Source of the DNA: Felis catus
Taxonomy: Eukaryota
DNA: 64,000 bases
Direction: 5' to 3'
NCBI RefSeq assembly: GCF_018350175.1
Contig: NC_058369.1
Span: 3,164,001-3,228,000, forward strand
Shown piece by piece: positions 19,526-33,189 of this stretch. The translations under genes and the position numbers were made by a program. The notes under the pieces are model-generated. The model searched no databases. It was given only the letters and a program-made list of their open reading frames with translations, and had not been told where the DNA came from. Position 1 is the first letter of the stretch; every line of letters begins with the position of its first letter.

Positions 19526-22500
19526 CTCTCTCTTTCTCTCTCTCTGCTCCTAGCTCACTTACGCCCTCCCTCTCTCAAAGAATTAATCATTTACTTATTT
19601 TAATTAAATCTTAAAAAAAAATCTCACCTCCTCAGAGAGCCCCTCCTGCCCCCCATCTGACCCCTTCCGTGATCCCCTCTCCCTCACGGTCCCCAGATCT
19701 TGCCCTCTGCCCTGCTTCCCAGCGACCGCCTCCCCAATGCTGAGTCCTACAGATTTTCACGTTTCCGCAGGTAGAAGTTAGATATCCCGACCATCACAGA
19801 CCCCTGGTTGAGTGAAATTCAGCGTTTATGTATTGTTAGTCTGTTTCTCGCTCTCCTTCGTTCATTCGTTTTGTTTTTAATTCAACAATCACTCTGGGTG
19901 CCTGCTGTGTGCCAGGGCCCAGGCTGGGCCCCAGGGATGCTGTGGGGAAGGAGACTGGCAGAGCCCCTGGCCCGCGGAGCCCACAGTCAGAAGGGGTGGA
20001 GATAATAACCCAGTGTCCGGGCACATTCACGCCCGGTGTACATGGGACGACGTGTGAATCAGGCATGAGGGAGGGTGACTGAGTAGGTGGCAGGAACGGA
20101 GGCTGCTGGGCTGATGTGGTCAGGGACACGTCAGAAGACACGCCAGCAGGGCTGGGGTCTGAAAGGTGAAGGGTGTCCTGGGTTCTGAAGTGCAGGGCGG
20201 AGGCCCAGAGGCGGCCCGAGCTGGGGGTATTTGTAGGAACCGTCAGGAGGCCAGGGTGCTGCGCCTGGGGAGCACGGGGCCTGAGTGAGGGCAGGCTGGC
20301 GGGAGCTTCCGTGTGGCTCCTGTGGCGCCGAACCTTGTGGAGGCTAGGATGCCCCATGAGCGCCAGCCAGGCTTCTGGGAGCGGGTGACCGGCGGGTCTC
20401 AGAGGGCCTGGATCGCCCGAGTGCTTCCCCAGAAGGGGACCCTGGGACCAAGACCCAGGCAGGTAGGAGGAAGAACGGGCAAGATGGGGGGAATCTGAGG
20501 CAGGCTGCCGTGGGAGGGAGGGAGCTCCCCGTCCCTGGAGGTATGCGAGCAGCCATCCGCCAGAATGCCCGAGCATCCGACCGCGGGAACCTGGGTACCG
20601 AGATGGCACAAGGCCCTCTGTCCCGCCCCACAGGTGTAAGACGTGCGGAGAATACATCTACAAGGGCAAGAAATTCAATGCGCGCAAGGAGACGGTGCAG
20701 AACGAGGCCTACCTGGGCCTGCCCATCTTCCGTTTCTACATCAAGTGCACGCGGTGCCTGGCAGAGATCACCTTCAAGGTAGACGCCAGCCGGGCTGGCC
20801 CTGCCCCCTCGGGGGCTCCCCGCCGTCCTCTCCCTGCAGGGAGTCCCCCTTTCCGTTTATCCCCAGGGAACAGAGGCATTTTGGGGGGTTGTTCACGGCA
20901 GCATCGTCCGTAGGGGCAGAAACGCAGAAGCAACCCACGTGTGCAGTAAGGAGGGACTCGGGGAGCTAGTGACCATGCGGTGAGGAGTCGTGCGGCCGGT
21001 AACCATCACGACTGCGAGGATTTGGGGAGAGGACGAGGAGAGCCTCCCGCTCGCTCTTCACGTCCTTATGTACTGTCTTCTCCCCATACCTTCTTCCCTT
21101 TGGGTTAATGAACAAGATTTGGGTAAAATGAAGAAGAAGGACATTGGAAGAATTACATATTTTGATGACTTTGTATTAAAAAATATTTTTTTAACCTTTA
21201 TTTTTGAGAGAGGGAGAGAGAGAGACAGAATATGAGCAGGGGAGGGGCAGACAGGGAGGGAGACACAGAATCCGAAGCAGGCTCCAGGCTCCGAGCTGTC
21301 AGCACAGAGCCCAACGCCGGGCTCGAACCCACGAACGGTGAGATCACGACCTGAGCCGCAGTCGGACATCCAGCCGCCCCTAAATTTTTAAAAAATTTTT
21401 TAAAGTGTATTTTATTTACCTTTGAGAGAGACAGCGCTAGTGGGGGAGGGGCAGAGAAAGGGAATCCCAAGAAGGGCCCCCCCCCCCCAGCGCTGACGTC
21501 GCGGAGCCAGATGCGGGGCTCCCACCCACGCACGCGCTGTGAGATCACGACCCCCACTGACATCAAGAGTCCCACGCTCGACTGGCCGAGCCACCCAGGC
21601 GCCCCAGTATGAGTTTGTTTCAAGACCAGAGGCACTGTGGCAAAAATGTTAGAAACCGGGCTTCCTGGTGGAGAATTTCAGGCGATTACGTAGCGAGGGG
21701 GACGTGGAGGGCGGGCGCGTCCCCGTGTGAGGTAGACACAGCTCAGACGGGAGTACAGGCCCCGCACCCGCAGATCTGGTCCCCTCCTCTGCCCGGCCGG
21801 GCCCCGTGCGTGGAAACGGTCACTCGGAGGTTTCTTGTAAGGCGTCCAGGAGAAGTGCTGCGCGCGCACGCGCGGAGCGATCACCCTCTACCCGGCCCTT
21901 TTTGGTTTAGCGCTGCGGCGCCTATTGGGGATCCTGGGAGACACACAGGAGCGGCCTGGCCGGCCCAGCGCGTCCCGTCTGCCCCGCACCAGCTTCCCCG
22001 CCCGTCAGCGCCCCCCGCTTCCCCGGGCCTCCGTCGCAGTCAGAAGCCAACAGATTCCAGACGCCATGTAGATTTCCGCGTTTTCCCCAATGCCACCTTT
22101 CCAGCGCGGGGGTCTCGTCCAGGAGCCCAGCTTACATCTCCTCCCTCTCTCCGTTTTATAAATGCGGGCAGGGGCACGCTGTGCACGGACGCGATATGTG
22201 ATTTAGAATTGTGAAAGGCGCGCGCACATACAGCAGATACATACGTGTGCGCGCACACGCACACAGCAGACAGGAAGACAGGATGCGCGCAAAGACCCAG
22301 AGACTCGTATTTGCAATCGTGTGCAGGGCGGCAGGGGGGCAGAGGGCGGGTAGAGAGAGGTGTGAAAGTCCAGGCTACAGAATTTGGCCCTTTTGGCAAA
22401 GGGGACAGGAGCTCTAGGAAGCACCGAACGAGCCGAGTGCTAAGAAAAGGAGGGGCGCCCGAGCGGCTCAGCGGGTTAAGCGTCCGACGTCGGCTCAGGT

Positions 22501-25500
22501 CATGATCTCAGGGTTCGTGAGTTCAAACCCCGCGTCGGTCTCTGTGCTGACAGCTCGGAGCCTGGAGCCTGCTTGGGATTCTCTCTCTCTCCCTCTTTCT
22601 CCTCCTCCTCTAGTTTTCTCTCTCTCTCTCTCCCAAAATAAACTAACTAGCTCAATAAGTAAATAAACTTAAAAAAAAAAAAAAAGGAAAGAAACGAAAA
22701 GAACAGGCTCGAGAAGGGGTGAAGCATGAGGGAAGGTGTCCCGGGCTGCGGGCTGCGGGCTGGCAGGATCTCTTGACGCCCAAGGACACAGGACTGACGT
22801 CTGTCCTCCCCCCCCCCTCCCCCCGCCTTACAGACAGACCCAGAGAACACGGACTACAGCATGGAGCACGGGGCCACCCGGAACTTCCAGGCGGAGAAGC
22901 TCCTGGAGGAGGAGGAGAAACGGGTTCAGAAGGAGCGGGAAGACGAGGAGCTGAACAACCCCATGAAGGTAGAGCCCCCGGGCGCGGCCCTCCAGGTCGC
23001 CCCCGCCACCCCCTGCCCGCCGCTCGCGCACCCTGCGCGGTCCGGGGCTGCGTGTCCGGGACCCGACTCCTGGGATCCGGTTGTGAGATTGGCTGCCAGT
23101 CACCCTCAGGGAAGAGAGCTCATCCGGGGCCTGCCCTGCCGCCCAAGCCCCCTGATCTGGGTCCGGAGCACTTGGGCCGCGTGTGGGAGCAAGCCCGGGG
23201 CGGGGGCCACCTGGCGGGCAGCAGTGGGCGGCCCCCAGGAGCTGGGAGCAGCCCCCCGTCCAACAGCCAGCAAGACAGCGGGGCCCTCCGTCCCTCGGCC
23301 GCAAGGAACCGATTCCGCCAGCGGCCTGGGCCCCCGATGAGACCACTGGGCCTTGCCGTCAGCCTGGTGAGACCCCGCCGGAGAACCCAGCCGTGCCGCG
23401 CGGCACCGGCCTCCTGGCCCACGCTGGCGGGCAGACGGGGAGATTCGTGCTGTTTTAAGCCACTGAGCTGGTGGCAGATGGTCATGCAGAATGGTCATCC
23501 AGAAGAAGGTGGCACAGGGAGGCAGGAGGTCGGACCGGAGAACACAAGGCGCCGTGTTCGCGCAGGAGGCTCCGATGACCGCGGGCCGTGGAGCCCAGAA
23601 GCGTGGGAGGCACCGTTCTCTTGAATGTTCGCTGGCGGTGTGGCCTTGGGCAAGGCACTTGGCCTCCCTGTGCCTTGTGTTGTCTTTCTCAGAGAAAAGA
23701 GAGCGTCTGTGCCCCTTCCGATCTCCCCGACCCGCATGATGCCGGGTATTCCTGCGCCCCTCTGCCAGGTTTCTGAGCTGCCGCGGGGGACCTGAGGCGA
23801 CGGGTTCAGCAGGGTGGCGGGGGCAGGGAGGCGGGCTCTGCAGGGGCTGCCGTGTGCCCGGAGCTGCCTGCGTGGTCGCGTCCATCCTTGTCCGCCCACA
23901 CCGGCCCCGGGGGTTACAGCCTAGCGAGCCGCCCCCAAACTGCAACTTTACCTGAGAAACATCTGTGATCCTACAGTTTCTGGGGGTCAGGAGCCCCAGG
24001 GAGCTGAGCCGGGGTGGGGGGCTCTGGCCCGGGGTCTCTCATGAAGTCCCGGTCAAGCCACATCTTCTGAAGGCTCGACCGAGACCAGAGGGGCTGTTTC
24101 CATGCTGGTGCCCTCAGGGAGCTGGCAGGGGCCTCCGTCCCTGCCACGCAGGCCCCTCCACTGCACTGCCCGAGCCCCCCCTCCCGACACTGAGCACCCG
24201 CACAACGCAGCACCGCCCTCCCCAAAGCGAGGGATCCAGAAAAGCGGGAAAGGAGCCGCCCTCAGAGCGACAGGCCATCATTCCGTCATGCTCTGCTCCC
24301 TAGGAGCGGGTCACCCGCGGAGTCCGGCCCACACTCGCGGGAAGGGAATTCAGGCTCTGCTCTTTCAAGGGAGGAACCTCGAAGAATCGGGGGATATACT
24401 TTCAAACCCCCAGGACCGCCACTTCCCAAAGGCTCAGCACAGGGTCACGCGGCCAGGAAGCGGCCAAGGGCAGGCCCCACACCCGGCCGTGCCCGGCTCC
24501 AGACGCCCCTGTCTGGGAGACGTGGGCTGGCCTTGCGCCTCCGAGCCTCGACATAAACGAAGCTATCGCAAGGATTAAGTGACCTTCCGTTTGGAAACAT
24601 CTCAGCCTGGCACACCACAGTGGCTCAGGGTGTCTGTTTTTAACCTTTTTTGTAACTATTTTTTTTAAGTGGGCTCCGTGCCCAGCACAGGGGTCCAGGT
24701 CCCGACCCTGACATCCAGCCGCCCGCCCCGCTGACTGGGCCGGCCGGGCGCCCCTCCTCTTCGCTGTATATCATTTCATGCTGGAGCCAGGCCGGCAGCC
24801 GAGGCCGACTGGCCCCACCACTGACCAGCCACGCCCCATGCCCGGGCCTCAGCGTTCGGAGCTGTGAGATGGGTGCGGCTCGGGCAGGAGGCCCCCGAGC
24901 GGGCGCTGTGGATGGAGGCGGGGTGGGGATCCCTCCCCGGCGCGTGCCGAGCCCCACGGCCCCGGCAGGTGCACGCAGCCCGTGTCCTGCCCGCCAGGTG
25001 CTGGAGAACCGAACCAAGGACTCCAAGCTGGAGATGGAGGTGCTGGAGAACTTGCAGGAGCTCAAGGACCTGAACCAGCGGCAGGCGCACGTGGACTTTG
25101 AGGCCATGCTGCGGCAGCACCGCCTGTCCGAGGAGGAGAGGCAGAAGCGGGAGCGGGAGGAGGACGAGAGGGAGACCGCGTGAGTCGGCCGGGCGGGGCC
25201 GGGCGGGGGCCAGGGTGCTCTGACCCACCTCCGGCTCTCCCTCTGCCTGGAACACCCCCCTTCCAGGTCTTCCCGGGCTCCCTCAAGGGCCGCCTTCTCC
25301 CGGAGGCCTCCCCCGTCCCCCCCCCCCCCCCGCCGCGTCTCACTTTCTCAGGGCGTCTGTGTCGGGGTCCCCAAGGCCCCGCCCAGGTTTGGTGATCTGC
25401 CAGGAGGAGCCTCAGGCCCGGCCTGCTGTGTTCGCACTTTGTGCACGGCACCTACCACCGTGGAACCTTCTCGCTGACTCGCCGTCTCCCGGTTTATGGC

Positions 25501-28500
25501 CTCCCTCCCTCCCGCCTCCAGCATCTGAGGTGGCGGGGTGTCTGCATTCGCAGGGCCTGGGACGGGGGCACGGAGTAGGTCCCCGTGGCGTGGGCAGGTC
25601 GGCGATAACGGTGATCCGCAGTGAGAAGGGTGTATGTTTATTCGACTCTTGCTGAGTGCCGGGCACCGGTTTGAGGTCATCCTGGTCTTTGAGGTCGTCC
25701 TGATCGTTCTGGCAGTTGAAGGACTGCGGCTTGGGGCGCTCCAGGCGCGGTCCCGACCGAGTCACCCGGCCAGGGTTCGGGTTCAGGTGGCTGGTGCCCT
25801 CGGCCAAGCACTTAACCACTCGCTGCCCTCAGTGGACAGAGATTTTTTTTTTTAACGTGTATTTATTTTGAGAGGAAGAGGGAGCACAAGCAGGGGAGGG
25901 GCAGAGAGAGGGAGAGAGCGAATCCCAAGCAGGCTCCATACTCAGCGCGGAGCCCGACGCGGGGCTCGATCTCACCGAGGTCACGACCTGAGCCGAGAAC
26001 AAGAGCCGGATGCTCAACACACTGAGCCACGCGGCACCCCCAGAGAAGGTTGTTTTTAAGGCATTTGTGTGCCCCCACCCCGCCTCCGGCACTCACCGAT
26101 GTCAGGAGGGGCAGCGCGCCCCGGCGGGACATCCCAGGCACACGTGCCGTCCCACAGGGCCCTGGTGGAGGAAGCCCGGAAACGAAGGCTGTTGGAGGAC
26201 TCGGATTCAGAAGAGGACGCTGCTGCTCCTGCCCCGCCACGCCTGGCCCCGCGGCCCAACCCCACCGCCATCCTGGAGGAGGTGAGTGCACGCCCGGACC
26301 TCCGCGTGTTCTCGGGTTAATCTGAGAGGGTGAGCCAGGGGTCGGCCTAACCTGGTCTCCAAAGGCCAGACCGCGTGGGTCGTAAGGGCTCAAGTCCGCC
26401 GTCGCAGCCCCAAACAGCCCTGGATCTTGCGGGAATGAGTGGCCGTGGTCACGTGCCGGTAAAACTTCACGGTCAAGACGGGCTCTGCTTTACCGGCCGC
26501 TGCTTCAGCCGCTGAAACAAGCGAGACCCTCAAAGGTGGAGACCTAAGAACACCGATGTTTGCCTGTCAGCCCCTCGAAGTTCATTGGCTGGACTAATCT
26601 CCTGGCCTCACGGAACTGCGGCCTGTAGGCGGCCTGTGCTGGCGGAAAGGAGGGGAGAGAAGGGTGTGGCAGGTGATCTTTGCACCACAGCTGTCTTATC
26701 CGCCAAGGTCAAGGCCACTCTTTTTTTTTTTTTAACGTGTATTCATTTTTGAGAGACAAGAGACAGAGCGTGAGCAGGGGAGGGGCAGAGAGAGAGGGAG
26801 ACACAGAATCTGAAACAGGCTCCAGGCTCTGAGCCTTCAGCACAGAGCCCGACGCGGGGCTCGAACTCACGAACCGTGAGATCGTGACCTGAGCCAAAGT
26901 CGGACGTTTAACCGACTGAGCCGCCCAGGCGCCCCTAGGCCACTCTGGTTTGTTAACTGAAGAAGGGGGTTAATGAGGGAAATCGTTTATTTTAATTTAA
27001 ACATATCCGTGGTCCGGGTTACTAGATTGCAAGCCCCGCCAGTGGATAGGACCCCAGGTAACAAGGGTTTCAACTGCACAGGGGTTACTTTTCTCTCCAG
27101 TGACAGTTGTGCACAGCCATCCGGACAGGGAAGGTGGCCCCACAGCACGGGGCCCAGGCACCTGCCTTCTTCCTGGTTCTGCTGTCGGCGGTGGGGGGAG
27201 AGGGAGGGGGGTGCCCTCAATGCCACCTTCACATCCTGGCAGGAGAGGAGAGGGGCGGGCAGGGGAGGGGGACGTTCAGGGCCGCTGCACCCTGGGTTCT
27301 GCACATCCTGCTGCTCACATCCCATTGGTCAGAGCCGAGTCACCTGACCACATCCTGCTGCAAAGGAGGATGGGAAAGGTAGTCTTTCCGTGGGGTAGCC
27401 ATGCTCCCGCTGAGTTGCCCCTGACTGTCAGCAGAGAGAATGGCTCTGGAGGTCGTGCCCTGTCATCCGTTAATCTTTGAAGGCTTCATTGATGTCCCGT
27501 CCCCCCCAGCCCCGTCACAGGTGTCTCGTTCACGCCTAGTGTGACAACCGACTTGCGTTTGGCACAATATGCCTCCGTCAAGACTTCCCAAACCTTCACC
27601 GAGACCCGTACGGAAGCTCATCTGTCCGTCCCTGTGTTCTTGGTTCAGTTTAGGGGCAGTGAGCGTGGCTGGCAGGGACGGGTTTCGAACGAGTGCTCAC
27701 AAGCGCCGGTGCCGGCCTGCTGTGGGGGCCGCGTGAGACCGTTCAGTGATGCCGGGTCACAAAGCTGCTCTGTCCCCCGCTGGGCCGCGTCTGTCCTGGT
27801 CGCCGCTCTTGGGGCCCCGGCCAGCACGCAGGTTGCGACAGGGCTGCCCGAAGCCCCCTTCGCATCTCTGCCTGTAGCTCCTCCTCCTCGCTCTGTCGTC
27901 AGCCCGGGTCCCCTCTCTGAGGAGACCTGTCCCCACCGCCCTGTCAGCAGTGGCTGCCGCTCCCTCCACTGTCGCACCACGCTGCTGTCCTTCTGTCAAG
28001 ATGGGTGTTGTCCTGCCGACCTACTCTTGTCCCTCCTCCGTCCTCCCTCAGATGGTGGGCCCCGCGAGGGCAGCTCCAGCGCCAGGCTCAGACAGGACCT
28101 CCTGAAACAGGGGATTCGTTTCTCTGTTTCAACATAACTGACAAAAGGGGTTCCTCCCGGTACGATTGAAGAGCTGGATGTGAGGCTGAGCCCCTTTCTG
28201 CCTTCCCCTAACTAGTCCCGAAAGTGGGTGCCTCCGTTTCCCCTCTTTCCGTCAAACACATTGATAGAGCACCTTCCTGCCAAGAATTACGTGTGGCACC
28301 GTGGACCCAGTTGTGAACAGGACAGGAACCCACAGCATGGATGGATGGGGGGGATACGTAATAAGGCAGTAAAGGGTGAAAGGGTCCTGGGGGCGTGGAA
28401 ATACAGCACTCACTTGAGCTTGAACTGTGGAGAAAGGTTTCCCAGAGGAGCCAGCACTTGGGTGGGTATTGAAGGGTGAGTAGGAGTTCGCCAAATGCAT

Positions 28501-29051
28501 TAGAGGAAAAGGGGCATGGCAGGTGGAGGGAACGGAGTGAGTAAAGGCATGGAGGTGAGAAGGTGTGTGACTTAGGATGTGCCGGAGAAGGGGGGATCTG
28601 GGACAGCTCACCCACTCGTGTCCCCTCCGCTTACCCCCAGGCTCCAAAAGCCAAGAGGAAGGCAGAGAGCTGGGAACGGAGCGTCGGCACCCTTGGCAAC
28701 AGGCCCCCGCTGTCAGGCCTAGTCGTGGTGAAGAAAACAGACCCGGGTCGCAGCACCAGGCAGGGTCAGGCGTCACCCACCCCCGGTAGGTGCTCCGGGG
28801 TCCCGGGATCGGAGCGCGGCGCCTCAGAGGGCCGCCAGGTGGCAGCAGCGCCCCCAGTGCTGCTGCCGCGCGCTGGGAACCCGCGGAGGGGGGCGAGGGA
28901 GGGGCGCCCCCTACCAGGCGCTCTCGCCTCTCTCCCAGGCCCCAGGAAGAGCGGGAAGGCGGCTGACCCTGCACCCTGGACGCCCGGCACCTCCTCCCTG
29001 AGCCAGCTGGGGGCATATTCGGACAGCGAGGACAGCAGCGGCAGCAGCTGA
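16977..29051 (+). CDS. YJU2: YJU2 splicing factor homolog (CCDC94), 322 aa
   Basis: Exons 16977-17000, 18795-18895, 20634-20778, 22834-22968, 24998-25179, 26158-26281, 28641-28785, 28939-29051 (TGA); 969 nt, in frame. [21 protein letters not shown] and zinc-binding CKTC...CTRC motifs. Confidence 0.97.
18170..18726 (+). mobile_element. MER21-like LTR remnant in YJU2 intron 1
   Basis: aaaaccctgggcactgggtcc...gcacgtcctgtgtga...tttcctttgctgattt...gagtcctgggag...tcatcaaacccc...ggtcctggggacc resembles recalled MER21. Confidence 0.6.
19212..19622 (+). mobile_element. Two adjacent Can-SINEs
   Basis: Heads near 19213 and 19356; the second has a long (CT)n tract. Confidence 0.8.
21180..21606 (-). mobile_element. 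Two adjacent reverse-strand Can-SINEs
   Basis: Reverse-complement SINE bodies at about 21180-21380 and 21390-21606. Confidence 0.8.
22451..22686 (+). mobile_element. Can-SINE
   Basis: ggggcgcccgagcggctcagcgggttaagcgtccgac head, CT tract, A-tail. Confidence 0.85.
25842..26040 (-). mobile_element. Can-SINE
   Basis: Reverse-complement SINE pattern with T-tail. Confidence 0.8.
26712..26946 (-). mobile_element. Can-SINE with 10-bp TSD
   Basis: TSD aggccactct at 26712-26721 and 26937-26946. Confidence 0.92.
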
Positions 29052-29891
29052 GACCCCTGCCCAGGCCCTTCTCCGGGTCAAGGTCACGTGTCCATAGTCA
29101 GCTGCTGGTCGGCAGGAGGCCTTGGCACCAACCAGGGCCATGAGCGGACAAACACAAATGTCCTCAGAGGCTGGTCGGGCCAGCGAGGGCTTCCACCCCC
29201 GGACTCGGTTTCTCCCCTGTCCCCCCACCTACCAGCCTTCGGGGACCTCGGGGTCCCTGGCTCACGCTGCCGCCCTCCTGGCCCTCCTTCCGGGGCTGTG
29301 GCATCCCTGGAACAGCCCTCGGCTTCCAGCGGGCTTTTGCGGTACTCCCCGGCCTCCCTTGGATGGCAGGGAGGGGTGGGCGGTGTTTGGGCCCCGCCCC
29401 GTTGGCCCCGCCCACGCGCTAGCTCCGCCCCCTCCTGCCACGAAACCTGCAAACCAGTGAAAGGAAGCTGCCGCCTGGCCTGGGCACTTCCGCCGGCTTC
29501 TGAGGCGGGGCCGCGGGAGCACACGTGGCCAGCGTGGGCGCCTGGCTCTCAGAAGCTACGAGTCGATCGGGGTTTGTTGATCGGCCTGAGTTTGGGGATG
29601 ATTTGTTATGTAGCACTAGATAGCTGACATGGTCACGTGACTAGTAAACCTGGTTCCAAAGCTCACGTTCTTTCAAGGCTGCCGGCTGTCAACTCTGGTG
29701 TAATCCTCTTCCACTTCAGCCTCGTCCAGGCGAAGGTCCTGTGTTCCCACCAGGTTCCTTCACAACCTGACACCCCCCCTCCCCCATCTCTCCTGCCGCT
29801 CCTCCCGGGGTCGCTGACGTCAGCCCTCCTCTCACTCATTCACTGGGCATTTGATAATGAGGCTTTGTGCTTCTCGCTGTTTGCGGGATGA

Positions 29892-30117
29892 AAAGCCCCC
29901 ACTTTTTCTTTTAATTAAAAAAATTCTAATGTTTATTTTTGAGAGAGAGCGAGAGAACACGAGCGGTGGAGGGGCAGAGAGAGAGAGACACACACACACA
30001 CAGAACCCCACGCAGGCTCTGAGCTGTCCGCCCAGAGCCAGACACGGGGTTCGAACCCACAAACCGTGAGATCGCCACCGCGGGAGCCACCCAGGCGCCC
30101 GGCAAAGCCCCCGCTTT
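29892..30117 (-). mobile_element. Can-SINE
   Basis: Reverse SINE flanked by aaagccccc(a/g)cttt near-duplicates. Confidence 0.8.
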
Positions 30118-32669
30118 GGGGGGTCTGCTTTCTGCTTTCCTACAATGGTTTCTGTGCTTTAGTGTGACTTGAGGTGAACTGGGACCCAGCCAGGGCTTCC
30201 GATCAGGACCCGGGGGGCCTCCGCTGTGAAGACCGGGCCGGGGGTGGGCGGGAGCCTGCTCAGCCACGCCTGGCGAGAAGGCGCGCGGCTCCCAGTTCCA
30301 CCCGCCGCCGCCACATCGCGTCTGTGGCTTGAACTCGGCCGTGGCTGGAGCATTTACACCCCGGAAGTCCACGCGTGCTGGGAAGCTGCACACCCCCGCC
30401 AGAGGCCGGCTGCCAGGCGCTTACTAGCACACCACTGCCTGCTTTCCCCACACTCCGCGACGCCCGTGACGCCCGTGACGCCCGCGACGTGCCTGTTCAG
30501 ACCAGCGGTGAGAGTAAACCGTCCAGCCGGAAGAGGGCAGGAGGCTGGGCCTCTCTGGTTCGCTCCGATTCCTCCTTGCAGACGTCCCCGTTCTGGGGCC
30601 ACCCTACTTGTAGCCACGTACACGTGCCATCGGTTACCAGGGTTCAGAGTATGGACTCCATCCTACCGCCTACGTTAGCGAGCTACGGTCGGTGGCCCAA
30701 ACGCGGCCCACAGCCTAGTTTTGTAAATAAAGTGTTATCGACACGTAACATGGCTGCTTCGCTCTGCAGTGGCCGAGTTGCGTAGGGAGGACAGGGACTC
30801 TGACCCGCAAAGCCACCAGGTCAGCCCACCCCTGCCTGGGTCACCCAGCTCTGCACTTCCTGCTCTGCTCCCCCAGCCTCCACGGGAGGGTGGCCGGGAC
30901 CCCTCCACACCCCGATCTCCAGGCTCACGCTGTGCCCGCGGCCCTGCTGCCCGAAGTCCCCCTGAGGACGGCTGCCAGCCGCCCTCTTCTCAGTGGCGCA
31001 CCGGACGGAGTACACGGGATCCGGTTGGGTGAGTAATGGTAGCGAACGTTTGTGAAGGACTCACCGTTTGCTAAACCCGTGCTAAGCTGTTGGGCAGATT
31101 TACTCATTTAAGTTTCTGAGCTCATGTAGCTTTTTTTATTTTTATTTATTTATTTTTTTTTTTTTGAGCACCTACTTTGTGCCCAGATCTGTTTCAGGCA
31201 CTGGGACAATGGCAGTGAAGAAAAAACAGTCCCCACTGATAACGGTGACATTATTTTTGGAAGATGGGGGATAAGATAGTACACCCACCTAAATATAACA
31301 ATAAGATATGAAAGGAAATACGTGTGTGCCGGAGGCAGTGATAAGTCTGGGCGAACACACAGCAGGGCGAGATGGCGGCCTGAGGGGCTGAGGGGTTGCC
31401 GGCCGAGGTGTGTTTATTACCCACCACACCCCGCATATGCTAATGACGCCTAACAAGATCTCTCAAAAGCCAGCAGCTGAAAACAACAGAAATGTGGGTG
31501 TGGTTCTGCCGGGTTCTCTGCTTCAGGGTCTCGTGGCCGCAACTGAGATGTTGGTCGGGGCTGCGGTCTCATCTGAAGGCCCGTCTGGGGCAGGATCCCC
31601 TTCCAAGCCCGCTCACGTGGCTGTTGGCAGGATCTGGCTCCTCATGGGCTCTTGGGCGGAGGCCACCCTCAGGGCGCTTGGCTACAGGGACCTCTGACAG
31701 CTGGCTTCACAAAGCCACCACAACAGGAGTCTTTGAGAAGTGGTATCCCATCACCTTTGCCCTGTCACGCTGGCCGCAAGCAAGCCGCAGGTTTTGGCCA
31801 CGTTCACGGAAAGGGGATTACACATGGCTGTGACCACCAGCAGCTTGGGGTCACTGGAGGTCCGCCGAGGGTCTACCTGCCAGGCGCCCTGTCAACAATG
31901 AGCTCTGCAAGGGTAGCTGTGTGGACGGGTGTATCCCCAGCACCTAAGACCATCCAGGCACTAAGTAGGTGCTCCATAGATGTTTGTGGCCTAAGTGGGT
32001 GTCTCCCCATTCACAGAGGAGGGAGCGGAGGCCCGCAGTTCTGCCCGCTCTGTAACCCCTCCCCACCCCCACTTCGCTGGATCTTTCTTCTATTTCCCTG
32101 CAGACCTTCACGCCTCGTTCTCCCACCCTTTGGCCTGGGAGCAGGTCTGCTCTTGGCCCCGGTTCCCGTGGGGGTGCCCAGGGTCCAGCGGCAGAAGGAT
32201 AGCATGCATCTGTGTCTGGTGTATGTGTGTGCTCGGATCCTGCAGAGCCTCGACCCGCCCCCTCTCCCCCACACCCCCTGCACCCCCCCCTCCTGCTCTC
32301 CAGAGCCTGCCCTTCCCCCTTTCCCCACGCGCTCGCTTGCTCGCTCACTAGCTCTGTGTCTGTCATCCTGGGGAGCTGTCAGGCCTCATCCGGAATCTCC
32401 TCCATCAATCCCCTGGGGGCTGCGGTACATCAGAGGGCTTGGTGGGGGTGCCCCCCCCCCCAAACAGCCCGCTCTGCCTGAGCCTGGACTGCACAAAGGG
32501 CCCATTTCCCAAGCTCTAACGGGCTCATTCCCGTGAGGGGAGGCTCCTTGGCCAAGGGCTCAGAATGAGCGAGGGACAGGGCCTGGGTTTGCAGCCGCAA
32601 GGCTCCAAGGCTACACCTTTAATGACCACGCTCCGCGGCGACTCCTGCAGACAGAGCCTCCAGGGGCTG

Positions 32670-32995
32670 GGCCGTGCCCCTCCCATCAGATTGGCCACTC
32701 GTGATGACACAGCTGTGTCTCTTCCATCAGACTAGGGGCCTTTGAAGTTGGGACCATGCCTCCCCCATCAGATTGGGACTCCTAAAGACAGGCTCCCGTC
32801 TCCTCCATTAGACTAGGGGCACCTAAAAGCAGGGCCACGTCTCTCACATCAGAGTAGAAGCCCCTGAGGTCGGAGCCATACCTCCTCCATCAGATTGAAT
32901 GTTTCAGAGCGTCAGATCACGCCTCCCCTATCAGACTGGGAGCCTATTAGGCAGGCACCTGTCCTCCATCAGACTGAGTCTTCTGAGGTAGGAGT
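32670..32995 (+). repeat. Degenerate 41-bp tandem repeat x8
   Basis: Core ccatcaga(c/t)t at 32683, 32724, 32765, 32805, 32846, 32887, 32928 and 32966. Confidence 0.8.
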
Positions 32996-33189
32996 GTTTA
33001 GGCCTTCCCATGAGCCATCCCCAAGGGTCCTTTCTTAGCCTGGTGCCTTGGCTCCCTTCCCGCCTCCAGGCTGGCTGCTCCATGAGACAAGAGTGACGGG
33101 ACAGCTCCCAGCCAGGGCCCCCATCTGGCTGCTTCTTAAGATCCCATCCACCTAAAGCATATGCTGAGCACCTACTGTGTGCCATGCAA

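Noticed and set aside
32670..32995. Repeat-spacer pattern as a possible CRISPR array
   Set aside because: The core is only about 10 nt and imperfect, the spacers resemble each other, and the context is mammalian; a decayed minisatellite explains it.
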